Origin: an uncultured Bacteroides sp.
Lineage (GTDB): Bacteria > Bacteroidota > Bacteroidia > Bacteroidales > Bacteroidaceae
Direction of reading: 5' to 3'
Length of the DNA: 64,000 nucleotides
NCBI RefSeq assembly: GCF_963676325.2
Contig: NZ_OY781098.2
Span: forward strand, 2,415,807-2,479,806
This document shows, piece after piece, positions 29,886 to 38,085 of this stretch. Below the pieces are notes generated by a model that ran no database searches, had not been told where the DNA came from, and saw only the letters and a list, made by a program, of their open reading frames with translations. The number at the start of each line of letters is the position of its first letter. Within the stretch, counting starts at the first letter, position 1. A program made the translations under genes and the position numbers.

Positions 29886-31298
29886 TTAATTCACATCAAT
29901 AATCACTCTCCTATAAGACACAAGATTGAAGGCACCATCATCATGCACTTCGCAAACGAAATGGATCGATTTTCCCGCAGCATCCTGAGGAACAGCAATA
30001 TTGATTGAAGAGGATTTATTATTGCTGATTGCTATATTAGATTTATAACTGCCTGCTTCTGGCTGCTGCCACCAAAGAAATGAAAGATTATCACCCTCTA
30101 AGTCTGTTGACTTTGAAGCATTAAGGTGGATGGTCTTACCCGCCTTCACTTTTATATGAATTGGTGTAATACCCTTCATAGCATTGATAATGACATGCGG
30201 ATTGGTGTTTCCTTTGCCTTCATGTGCCCACTGCATACGAGCTGCGAAATCGTTCAGTTCATCAGGATAGAAACGACGCTTATAGTTCTCGGTGATTGTC
30301 TTTTGTGGCTCTTGCCAACTGTTCCATGCATAAGTGATGGAGTCGGGACTAATGCCATAAGCATGACAACCACCCCACCCTGCCTGAGTTGGATCTTCAG
30401 GATCGGAAAGTCCGTTAGGCATTACATAGAGGAACGATGGTGTATCACCTTCCACTCCCCATTTATAATGAGGATAAATGCCGCCCATAGCACCATGACC
30501 TTGGATGTACTGCTGATGCTTGTCCCAATACTTCTTTCCGAGGTCGCACTGCAGTTGCCATGTTCCTTCATCCCAAATGAACTTTAGGTCATTCTTGAAT
30601 TCACGGCGCATCCACATGTGGGAACTGTAGGCGCGGTTCATGCGCATATCATATTTCATGTCCTGATCGGTAATTGTGTAAATACGGAACTTATGGAGGA
30701 ATGCTTTCAGTTGTTCTGGTGTGCGTGTCTGCTGTACTCGCCATATTGCTTGTGCAAGAGTGTTGCCACCTCCCCAAGTAGCAATCCATATTGGTCGGTC
30801 ATCATCTTCATCAGCAAGTTTTATGAGAAAGTCGCTTCCCGGAGAATCATTGTCCTTGCCAATAACCTTGATGCCTGCACGATGACTTCCTGACATGATG
30901 CGACTGCGAATATACTCAACACTTGACCAATAGCCTAGCTGCTGTTTGCCATTCTCCTTATCGAGAGAAAGGAATGATGATTGCGATGAGCGCGCCTTCA
31001 AATTTTGAACATCCTTTGCATAAGCATCAGCCACTTGCGTGAGATTCTGCGCCCACTCTTCTGGATAAGGGTCACAATTCCAGCCAATGGTGGTCATGAT
31101 AGCCTCAATCTCGAAGCGATCAGCATAAGCCAAGAGTCTTACCGCAGACTCCATATCATCAGGCTCAACATTACAATCTCCTATGTCGTTAAGAACCACA
31201 AGGCGTGGTTTCAAATTTCCTTTCCATTGCCTGGCTTGCTGTGCCATAAGAGGCAAAAACAAAAAGGAAAGCATTGATAATACGATTCGTTTCTTCAT
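29886..31298 (-). CDS. DUF1593 (nucleoside-hydrolase-like N-domain) secreted protein
   Basis: 470 aa with a signal peptide. PRLVVLNDIGDCNVEPDDMESAVRLLAYADRFEIEAI resembles the DUF1593/Sde_0182 N-domain. The C-terminal Ig-like part carries ...DLEGDNLSFLWW. Assigned by recall only. Confidence 0.55.
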   Translation of the reverse strand: MKKRIVLSMLSFLFLPLMAQQARQWKGNLKPRLVVLNDIGDCNVEPDDMESAVRLLAYADRFEIEAIMTTIGWNCDPYPEEWAQNLTQVADAYAKDVQNLKARSSQSSFLSLDKENGKQQLGYWSSVEYIRSRIMSGSHRAGIKVIGKDNDSPGSDFLIKLADEDDDRPIWIATWGGGNTLAQAIWRVQQTRTPEQLKAFLHKFRIYTITDQDMKYDMRMNRAYSSHMWMRREFKNDLKFIWDEGTWQLQCDLGKKYWDKHQQYIQGHGAMGGIYPHYKWGVEGDTPSFLYVMPNGLSDPEDPTQAGWGGCHAYGISPDSITYAWNSWQEPQKTITENYKRRFYPDELNDFAARMQWAHEGKGNTNPHVIINAMKGITPIHIKVKAGKTIHLNASKSTDLEGDNLSFLWWQQPEAGSYKSNIAISNNKSSSINIAVPQDAAGKSIHFVCEVHDDGAFNLVSYRRVIIDVN

Positions 31299-31438
31299 AA
31301 TACAGTTTTAATTCTCTACAATGTAGTTGGGTTAAGTGCGGCAAAGATAAAACAATTGCATGATTATGAGATTGAATATAAGGGTTTTTCTATGGAAGAT
31401 ATGTAAGGAATAAAAATCCGTTGGATAATCTCCATTTT

Positions 31439-32416
31439 TTATGTAAACATTGCAATTATAGATATTATTCCAATAGTAAAAAAAAGAATAGTTATCCCGT
31501 AAAGCCCATCCAAAAGAGGAGGATGAGGTTCAACTATGGGTTCTCTGTTAAATTTCCGAATAAAAAATAGTCTCACTGGCTTCTGTATGATTAAATATAG
31601 AACAGGAAAATAAAATCCATAGTAGAGAAACGTATTCTCGTCTGATAAATACTCTCTAATAAAATGACCGTAAGCCAAATGTAAAAGTGCAATAATGATG
31701 CTATAACTATAGTACTTGTCTATTCTAAGCATTTTATAATCCCAATCAAACCAAAGAGCTACAAAGAAAACAAGTAAATAAGTTGTAATTGAACTAATAT
31801 CATTATTTGGATATATAAATAGAGAAGAACTATTAATAGCAGCTATAATAATTACTAATGCAAGAATAATTCTAAACCTATTCCTCACACTTTTCTTCGA
31901 TTTTTCATTTTTAATTTCAGCAATCTCCTGTTTAGTTAATGTTATTCTTTCTGGTTTCTGAAGTAATTTTGTGTCAATATCTGGAATGCTAAATGTTTTG
32001 GATTCATAAACTCTTGACACCTTACCGTTAAAATCTATTTTATAAGTTTCATTATCTTCTGTTGTCACAAACACATTATCGTATTCTTTATCGTTGTCAG
32101 ACACATAAACCAGAATCTTTTTATTCAATAGTTTTTGGGGATATATTTTTCCGTCACGTACTGTTGCATAGCCCTCAATACTAATATTATATTCAATTCC
32201 TTCCGGATAGCGTAGGTAATTTATCAGATAATTAAATTTCTCATTACTTAGTCTTTTGTCGACAACAATAAAATATTCTTCCTGTCCGAGTATGTATAGT
32301 TCTAACTTTATGTTACTCACTAAATCTTTTGAATAAAGCGCAATCCACTGTTGCAGTGCTTTTTTAATGTCGTTGCATAAACCACCTTTTATTATTATAA
32401 AATTGTCAATATTCAC
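31439..32416 (-). CDS. hypothetical protein C: soluble N-domain plus about 5-TM C-terminal domain
   Basis: 325-aa ORF with a GTG start. Residues 1-185 are hydrophilic, then a basic linker KNEKSKKSVRNRFR, then about five hydrophobic helices. Very AT-rich. No family recognised. Confidence 0.5.
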   Translation of the reverse strand: MNIDNFIIIKGGLCNDIKKALQQWIALYSKDLVSNIKLELYILGQEEYFIVVDKRLSNEKFNYLINYLRYPEGIEYNISIEGYATVRDGKIYPQKLLNKKILVYVSDNDKEYDNVFVTTEDNETYKIDFNGKVSRVYESKTFSIPDIDTKLLQKPERITLTKQEIAEIKNEKSKKSVRNRFRIILALVIIIAAINSSSLFIYPNNDISSITTYLLVFFVALWFDWDYKMLRIDKYYSYSIIIALLHLAYGHFIREYLSDENTFLYYGFYFPVLYLIIQKPVRLFFIRKFNREPIVEPHPPLLDGLYGITILFFTIGIISIIAMFT

Positions 32417-32483
32417 TTCGTCTTCATTCTATTTATAAAATACCACCAAACAACCAAGACTAGCCGGTGTTATGCCTGCCTAT

Positions 32484-33035
32484 TTATTTCCTTCTAATCT
32501 TCCAAATTTCTCTTAAGCTTTGAATATGTTGCTTAGCATTGATTCTGGCTTCACTCTTTGAATATCCGTTAGATCTATAACTTTTAGCCACTTTTTTTTG
32601 AATCATTTCATTCCATATGGCTTTCATATTCATATCTGGCACTTCTACTAATATTGTATCCTCAGTTACTTGAGAAACTTTTTCTCCCATTTTTCCAGCT
32701 CTCAAATAAAGACCTTTCGACTGAATAATGCCATCAATAAATATGTAATTCTGTTCAATATTAATTCTAATTCCAAATTCAATATTCATTGGTTTAGAAA
32801 AAGTCATTTTGAATATTAAATCTTCTCTTTTAAAGAAATCCTGTGTCCAATTCATTACTACATCACCAGCATTTATGGAATCATGAGCTTTAAACAAGTC
32901 AATAATATCTTGATTACCTTCAACATCAAGAACTAATGCAGGTATCAATCGACCTTCTCCAATATTCTCATGAGATATCATTCCCTTTTCTACAATGGAA
33001 AAGGTTCTTATTTTTATTCTTTCTATTTTAATCAT
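32484..33035 (-). CDS. hypothetical protein B: soluble, with basic C-terminal helix
   Basis: 183-aa ORF. Its ATG overlaps the upstream stop (ATGA at 33032-33035). No family recognised. Confidence 0.5.
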   Translation of the reverse strand: MIKIERIKIRTFSIVEKGMISHENIGEGRLIPALVLDVEGNQDIIDLFKAHDSINAGDVVMNWTQDFFKREDLIFKMTFSKPMNIEFGIRINIEQNYIFIDGIIQSKGLYLRAGKMGEKVSQVTEDTILVEVPDMNMKAIWNEMIQKKVAKSYRSNGYSKSEARINAKQHIQSLREIWKIRRK

Positions 33036-33589
33036 TCAACATCTTTAATTAGAACTGACTCTATGGAAGATTTCTTGCCATTTAAATCTGTAAGTTTCAA
33101 ATCATATTTTTCTATTCTATGGGTTTTATCAATCAAACTCGGCTGTTCAAAAATCAACCATTTTGTCGAGGTAGTATTTGCTTCAATCGCTATATCTTCT
33201 GGAAATACTGTTAAACTTTTTGCTTTAAGGAAATTTTGTAATTCAGGCTTATGTTCAATTGTTATTCTATTTACACTGTCGTCTGCCCTAAGATATTCTA
33301 TTTCTAAATCTGCTTTCAAAGTATTTCTAAATTTAGATTTATTTCTTATTGTCAAGTGAAATAAAAGTAGCCGTTTTACATTTTCTCCATTTGTTGGAAT
33401 AAATCCAAAACCCTCATTATAATATAAATTAAAATTTGATTGATTTTCATTATATTGTCTTTTAGATAGCCTAAGTGCGCCTCTTGCAGTTATATAACTC
33501 ATAAAGGCAATTAATGCGGATACAATCGCTGCTATCGCAGCGATTATCGCGATTTTGGAATCAGTACTTAAATTATCTATTTTGAGCAT
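33032..33589 (-). CDS. hypothetical protein A: single N-terminal TM anchor plus beta-rich domain
   Basis: 185-aa ORF. The TM helix KIAIIAAIAAIVSALIAFMSYI is followed by a RGALRLSKRQ positive cluster. No family recognised. Confidence 0.5.
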   Translation of the reverse strand: MLKIDNLSTDSKIAIIAAIAAIVSALIAFMSYITARGALRLSKRQYNENQSNFNLYYNEGFGFIPTNGENVKRLLLFHLTIRNKSKFRNTLKADLEIEYLRADDSVNRITIEHKPELQNFLKAKSLTVFPEDIAIEANTTSTKWLIFEQPSLIDKTHRIEKYDLKLTDLNGKKSSIESVLIKDVE

Positions 33590-33907
33590 ATTTCTTTTTT
33601 ATACAAGTGAGACATAATATCTATATAGCCACCATAAATACACAGTAAACATGTCAATTTAGGTGGCTTACCATATATTCTTATACGGTTATTTTTAAAA
33701 GTTACAAACTTAAACATAATTTTCACAAATTATCAATAATACTGACTATTTTTTATAAACATGTTTCTGTTATTTGTTTGCATATTGCAGTAAATTTTAA
33801 ACTATAATATCTCAGTAGCTCTTGAATTTAACGAAAATCAGTATCGTCTTTCAATTAATAAATGGCATACGAATGTCGCAACCAAGCCCTAAAAAATCGT
33901 TTTTTTT

Positions 33908-34016
33908 CAAAATTGATCTAGCAATCTAGCACTACCCACATAACCATCTATAAATAAACAAAATATCACCGCTAGATCAATTGAATTTGATCTAGCGGTG
34001 ATCTAGCGATCTAGCA
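33908..34016. repeat. left composite inverted-repeat arm (GATCTAGC units) of the VirE/HU cassette
   Basis: caaaattGATCTAGCaATCTAGCac, a 34-nt spacer, then caccGCTAGATCAAttgaatTTGATCTAGCggtGATCTAGCGATCTAGCac. It is the reverse complement of the right arm with few mismatches. The internal 14-bp-stem hairpin spans 33967-34000. Confidence 0.85.
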
Positions 34017-34026
34017 CTTTAGTCGC

Positions 34027-36108
34027 TTATTTAATCTCTACTACCTGGTACACTATTCCCCGGTGTGCAAGGCGATTGCCGAATTTATTCTTCAGTGTTC
34101 GTCCAAAAACCTTAGCGGCGTTGCTCGTATATTTAAATCCGGGATCGCGTTGCTGTATTCGTTTCAGTATCTCACCACAAGTCAGTTCCTCGGCTGGTTC
34201 ATCGCCTACTGGGGAACGGAAATAGATATCGGCAACTTCCTCTTCGGGCATCACTTGCTGAAAGCGGCGATTGCTTTTGGTGATGTACGCCTCTTCTTCG
34301 TGAGTAAACCAGTAACGTTCTTCGTTGCGAAGGGCCTCAACGGCTTGGGCGTAGAGTTGTTTGTAGTCAATGGGCGATTTATAATCAATCACTCCCAATA
34401 TAGCAATGCAGATATAACGACGACTTCCGGTTGGGTCGTTCAGTAAATCGAAGTTATTGCTTGTGGCTATAAATGTGGCATACCTGCGCATCTGCTGGGT
34501 GACACTGGCGTGGGGCAAACGGGCCTGAACAACTGCTTTTTGGAGAATATGCTTCACAAATCCTTGATAAGAGGGACTAATGGAGTCGAACTCGTCCATA
34601 TTAATCAGCGCAAAGCGGGTTAATGCCAGCTGAACATCACTGCGTTTGCTGAAGTCGATGCTGTCTGTGTAGTATTCACGTAGCTCCGGTGGCAGAAGGT
34701 TCATGCAATAAGTGGACTTTCCAGAACCCTGATCGCCCACTAGCAGCGGCAATGTGCTGTTTGCATGGTTGCGGTCAAGTTGTTGCCAATGGGCTACCAT
34801 TGAGAGAAACCAGATGTAAAACAGGTCTCTCCATTGCGGATTGTCGCACGGCACCCTATCCGCCAGTTCACGAATACGGTCTTTCCCGTCCCATTTTCCT
34901 ACGTTGAGAAGATAATCTTCAACAGGATCAAAAGAGGGCACGCGGTTTGATTCCACATAACGCTTGATGTCAACATCCCATGACGAAAGTCCTTCTGCCA
35001 ATGCATCGAGACAAATCGTGTTGAGCGCTTGTTTATTGACAGGACGAAAATCGAAATAGAAAGATTTCAGTTCCCTGTATTCCACCAACCCTTTCAACAT
35101 GTTTCTTCTGAGCTGGTAGCGTCGTTTCATAAACTCTTCCATCTGTGCCACCAGTGTCATGGAAGACGGGATACAAGGTTTATCACCAAATTTATTTGAG
35201 AGGGAATAGATATTGCGGAAGTTTGTACGCACTTCAAGCTCGTACTTATTCAGGTCATTATACATCAATGTCCACTTTACTGCATCTTCTTCCGGAATGC
35301 CCGAACGATAGCAGTTTTCCGCCAGTTTAATAAGAAACGGAAGCACCTCGCCACTCTCCCAGTCTACTTTGCCCACCGTGTCGATTGCATTCCACATGGA
35401 CGTATTGAACAAGGTAGAGATGGCATGATTCCGTTCGTATCCCGGCAACAAGCGTTGCAACGGATCACTAATCGCCTGGCGTTCTTCCTCAAAAGTGGGC
35501 TCGACAGGCATACGTACCGGCTGTTCTATACGAATAGGTGCGGCATCCGGATTATGGTACAACGAAGGATCAAAACTCATGCAGCATCCATGTTCCAGCA
35601 AAGGTTCTTTAAGCTCTATTTCGCGTTTCAGCTGAGGCTGATACCATTTCACCGCTTCACGATAAGCCTGTGCGTGAAACATTTCAGCGTGTTTGCGGTT
35701 CTGAGGTAATGAACTGTCGGGCAATGTGAAAGGAACTACTATCTTCACACTTCTGTCGCTGGAGCCAATAAAGGCCAGTAGAGTTTGCGGCAGACGGGAT
35801 GCAATTTCGCGTATCTGCGCCGCTTCATTATTATTAGCCAGATTATTTACCTCAATGGTTACACAACCATTATATGACGACATAATCTGCTGACTTCCAT
35901 CCTTACGGAAGGCTCCTCCAAAGACCAGTCGGGGAAGTTTCTTCACCTCCGGAAAATTCTGACCGGGCGTTGCATACTGAAGTACTTGTCTCAGGTTAGA
36001 TACCGGTCGGCTGCCGATTTCGGTTCTCATTGCTTCTACAGCAGTTTCTAGTTCAAGGGTACGTTGTGTTTGTGTTTTACCGTCGTTACGGTACTGTGTT
36101 ATCTTCAT
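34027..36108 (-). CDS. VirE-family (virulence-associated E / primase-helicase-like) P-loop protein with BT4734-like N-domain
   Basis: 693 aa with Walker A LVGDQGSGKST, a Walker B-like LINMDEFD, and the N-terminal domain typical of Bacteroides VirE_N proteins. It is GC-rich relative to its neighbours. Confidence 0.8.
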   Translation of the reverse strand: MKITQYRNDGKTQTQRTLELETAVEAMRTEIGSRPVSNLRQVLQYATPGQNFPEVKKLPRLVFGGAFRKDGSQQIMSSYNGCVTIEVNNLANNNEAAQIREIASRLPQTLLAFIGSSDRSVKIVVPFTLPDSSLPQNRKHAEMFHAQAYREAVKWYQPQLKREIELKEPLLEHGCCMSFDPSLYHNPDAAPIRIEQPVRMPVEPTFEEERQAISDPLQRLLPGYERNHAISTLFNTSMWNAIDTVGKVDWESGEVLPFLIKLAENCYRSGIPEEDAVKWTLMYNDLNKYELEVRTNFRNIYSLSNKFGDKPCIPSSMTLVAQMEEFMKRRYQLRRNMLKGLVEYRELKSFYFDFRPVNKQALNTICLDALAEGLSSWDVDIKRYVESNRVPSFDPVEDYLLNVGKWDGKDRIRELADRVPCDNPQWRDLFYIWFLSMVAHWQQLDRNHANSTLPLLVGDQGSGKSTYCMNLLPPELREYYTDSIDFSKRSDVQLALTRFALINMDEFDSISPSYQGFVKHILQKAVVQARLPHASVTQQMRRYATFIATSNNFDLLNDPTGSRRYICIAILGVIDYKSPIDYKQLYAQAVEALRNEERYWFTHEEEAYITKSNRRFQQVMPEEEVADIYFRSPVGDEPAEELTCGEILKRIQQRDPGFKYTSNAAKVFGRTLKNKFGNRLAHRGIVYQVVEIK

Positions 36109-36129
36109 AATTTCAGTTAAGGTAATTAT

Positions 36130-36528
36130 TTACTTTTTTGTAGCTTCTCTGTAAGTGCGCTGAAACTTTATCAAAGGAAGTGCACTGCGCATTTCTTTGT
36201 CGGCCTTGAAACAAACACGCTGTGCCGTTACTTTTGACGGTGTGCATTCATCGGGTGTTTCAAAGCCTTCACTTCCTGCTGATATGGAAAACAGACCGAT
36301 ATTTTTCAGATGAACCGTGTTTCCTTTCATCAGATAGGTCTGCATCACATCTCCCAATGCAATAACAGCCGCATGCACATCCGATTCATGAAGTGAACAA
36401 CGCCCGCTGATATCCTTTGCCAGCTCATCCACCCCTATCTGTCCGGAACTAACCGGAACACCGTGGTAACGCACCTTTTCTTCTCCCCCGCTCTTATCTA
36501 CTTTTTGACGAACAACATATAAAGCCAT
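36130..36528 (-). CDS. HU-like (Bacteroides HU_HIG-type) DNA-binding protein
   Basis: 132 aa. It matches the pattern of the Bacteroidales HU-domain proteins that usually accompany VirE-like genes (..VDELAKDISGRCSLHESDVHAAVIALGDVMQTYLMKGNTVHLKNIGLFS..). It lies 21 nt upstream of the VirE gene. Confidence 0.7.
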   Translation of the reverse strand: MALYVVRQKVDKSGGEEKVRYHGVPVSSGQIGVDELAKDISGRCSLHESDVHAAVIALGDVMQTYLMKGNTVHLKNIGLFSISAGSEGFETPDECTPSKVTAQRVCFKADKEMRSALPLIKFQRTYREATKK

Positions 36529-36567
36529 ACTTATTTGTTTATTTTATTTATAACCAGTTTATTTCTC

Positions 36568-36650
36568 GTACACCCGGGTGTAGCCGCCCCTTACACCCGG
36601 ATCTAAAAACAGACTCCACCCGGGTGTACAGGCGATATACACCCGGATGG
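36568..36650. repeat. tandem GC-rich hairpin / ACACCCGG motif array upstream of the HU-like gene
   Basis: Four ACACCCGG(G/A)T copies form two CCGGGTGTA-N9-TACACCCGG hairpins (36574-36600 and 36620-36646). There is also a perfect 14-bp palindrome TACACCCGGGTGTA (36569-36582). Confidence 0.6.
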
Positions 36651-36779
36651 AGACTCATTTTTATTTCTACAAATATAACAAATAATTATGTAAAATCCAA
36701 ATATTCAGAAGGGTATCTACGAGCTAAAAAGGACTTATTTTGTAACAAAAGAAGATTGCAAAAGTAACTATAATAGCAG

Positions 36780-36889
36780 GTGCTAGATCGCTAGATCAGT
36801 GCTAGATCAAACTTGATTGATCTAGCGGCGCTATACTACTTATTTATAACAAGTTAAGTAGTAAGTGCTAGATCGCTAGATCAATTTTG
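36780..36889. repeat. right composite inverted-repeat arm (GCTAGATC units) of the VirE/HU cassette
   Basis: gtGCTAGATCGCTAGATCagtGCTAGATCAAacttgaTTGATCTAGCggcgc, a 33-nt spacer, then gtGCTAGATCGCTAGATCaattttg. It mirrors the left arm. Confidence 0.85.
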
Positions 36890-36956
36890 CATTTTTATTT
36901 TTTATGAGAAAGAGGAGTTTTTATATGCATTTGCTCTTTATTAGATATAAGAGAAT

Positions 36957-37346
36957 TTATTCTCCCATATCTTTCAAATGCAACTCCAATGCTTTGACAG
37001 AGATATAAATCTCATATATAGATATAGTGAGCGAGATAATCAGCAGTACCAGTGCCAGACCGAAAATGTAGACTGACACAAGGTGTAATTCTATATACAT
37101 AAAGAACATACTAATCACGCAAAGCAGCAAACTCCCGATACCAGTTTCCTGCATGGCACGCGTCAGGTAAAGTCTCTTCCTCAGGTTAGCAATCTGTGCA
37201 GCTTTTACCGAGGAGGGATTTGCTACATATTGCTCTTTTAAAGTACGCACCAGTTGGGCATACGATAAAAATCGGTTAGTATACGCCAGCATTATCAACG
37301 ATATAGCCGAGAACAGTAAAGCCGGAGTGGTTAAATCTATTTCCAT
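36957..37346 (-). CDS. DUF2721 family membrane protein
   Basis: 129 aa. The N-terminus ...PALLFSAISLIMLAYTNRFLSYAQLVRTLK matches my memory of DUF2721. Confidence 0.6.
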   Translation of the reverse strand: MEIDLTTPALLFSAISLIMLAYTNRFLSYAQLVRTLKEQYVANPSSVKAAQIANLRKRLYLTRAMQETGIGSLLLCVISMFFMYIELHLVSVYIFGLALVLLIISLTISIYEIYISVKALELHLKDMGE

Positions 37347-37459
37347 AATTATTCTGTTATTAAGTTACGCGAGTTCGATATAACAACACTCAATAAAACA
37401 AAGAAAGTCGCATTTATAACTTGAATTTAAGAGAGAGTAAAAATAGTAAAAAAACGAAA

Positions 37460-38080
37460 TCAATTTATCAGTTCTTGAATCTTTTTATCTAATTCATCAA
37501 AAGGTGCATATCCTTGCTCTAACTGAGTAAAGACTCCGTCTTTTTCAAATAATAAAGTGGGATATGCCTGAGCATACTCAGCAGCTTTCAGAAAAGAGTC
37601 TTGCGTTGCCCTCTTTATTTGTTCTGAATTAAATAACTGAGAGAAGAGCTTCACATCAATATTTAGCTGCTCGCAGATTGAATAATATGTTTCTTCCAGA
37701 TTCAGGTCTTTGCCATGACAATATCTGGATTGCTGTACTTTCACGGCAAACGGTATAACAAGTCCGGGCTTAATCTCTTTCACCGCTATAATTGCCCTTG
37801 ACGGAATTTCACTATCCAGTATCACATCATTGTTTTTAACAAAATCAAAATAGGCCTCTCCAAACTTGACTCCCGTTTTTTGTTCAATGGCAAGATCATG
37901 TTTCAGAAAATAGTCTGCCATAGATTGAATTTGCTTTTTCTTATTACTGCCAGTCCACATACCTGCAGGGAATACCTCAAAAACAATTTTGCTGCTATAT
38001 TTATCAAATAACTTTAATGTATTATCCGAATTTCCAAAGCACCATCCACAGAGTGGATCCATTACATAAATTAGTTTCAT
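37460..38080 (-). CDS. DsbA-like thioredoxin-fold protein
   Basis: MDPLCGWCFG CxxC motif at the N-terminus, 206 aa. Confidence 0.65.
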   Translation of the reverse strand: MKLIYVMDPLCGWCFGNSDNTLKLFDKYSSKIVFEVFPAGMWTGSNKKKQIQSMADYFLKHDLAIEQKTGVKFGEAYFDFVKNNDVILDSEIPSRAIIAVKEIKPGLVIPFAVKVQQSRYCHGKDLNLEETYYSICEQLNIDVKLFSQLFNSEQIKRATQDSFLKAAEYAQAYPTLLFEKDGVFTQLEQGYAPFDELDKKIQELIN

Positions 38081-38085
38081 TACTT

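Noticed and set aside
29498-30008. Short ORFs (29498-29683 minus, 29664-30008 plus) around the OYE pseudogene end and the hairpin repeat
   Set aside because: They overlap the OYE C-terminal frame, the 65-bp repeat and the DUF1593 gene end. Better explained as chance ORFs in AT-rich sequence.
32970-33359. 129-aa plus-strand ORF antisense to the three-gene operon
   Set aside because: Long antisense ORFs arise easily in roughly 27% GC DNA. The minus-strand genes show operon logic (ATGA coupling) and sensible TM and soluble domain organisation.
34063-35709. Several 61-127-aa plus-strand ORFs inside the VirE-like gene
   Set aside because: They are antisense to a 693-aa ORF with Walker motifs and have no independent support.
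36568-36650. GC-rich hairpins as simple terminators of the upstream DUF2721 gene
   Set aside because: Not fully excluded. They lie more than 300 nt downstream of that gene, beyond the right inverted-repeat arm, and lack an adjacent T run. The nearest U run starts about 9 nt after the first stem. The duplicated motif architecture suggests more than termination.
33908-36889. Reading the GCTAGATC repeat clusters as a CRISPR array
   Set aside because: The units are 8 bp, irregularly spaced, arranged as mirror-image arms around genes, and no cas genes are present.
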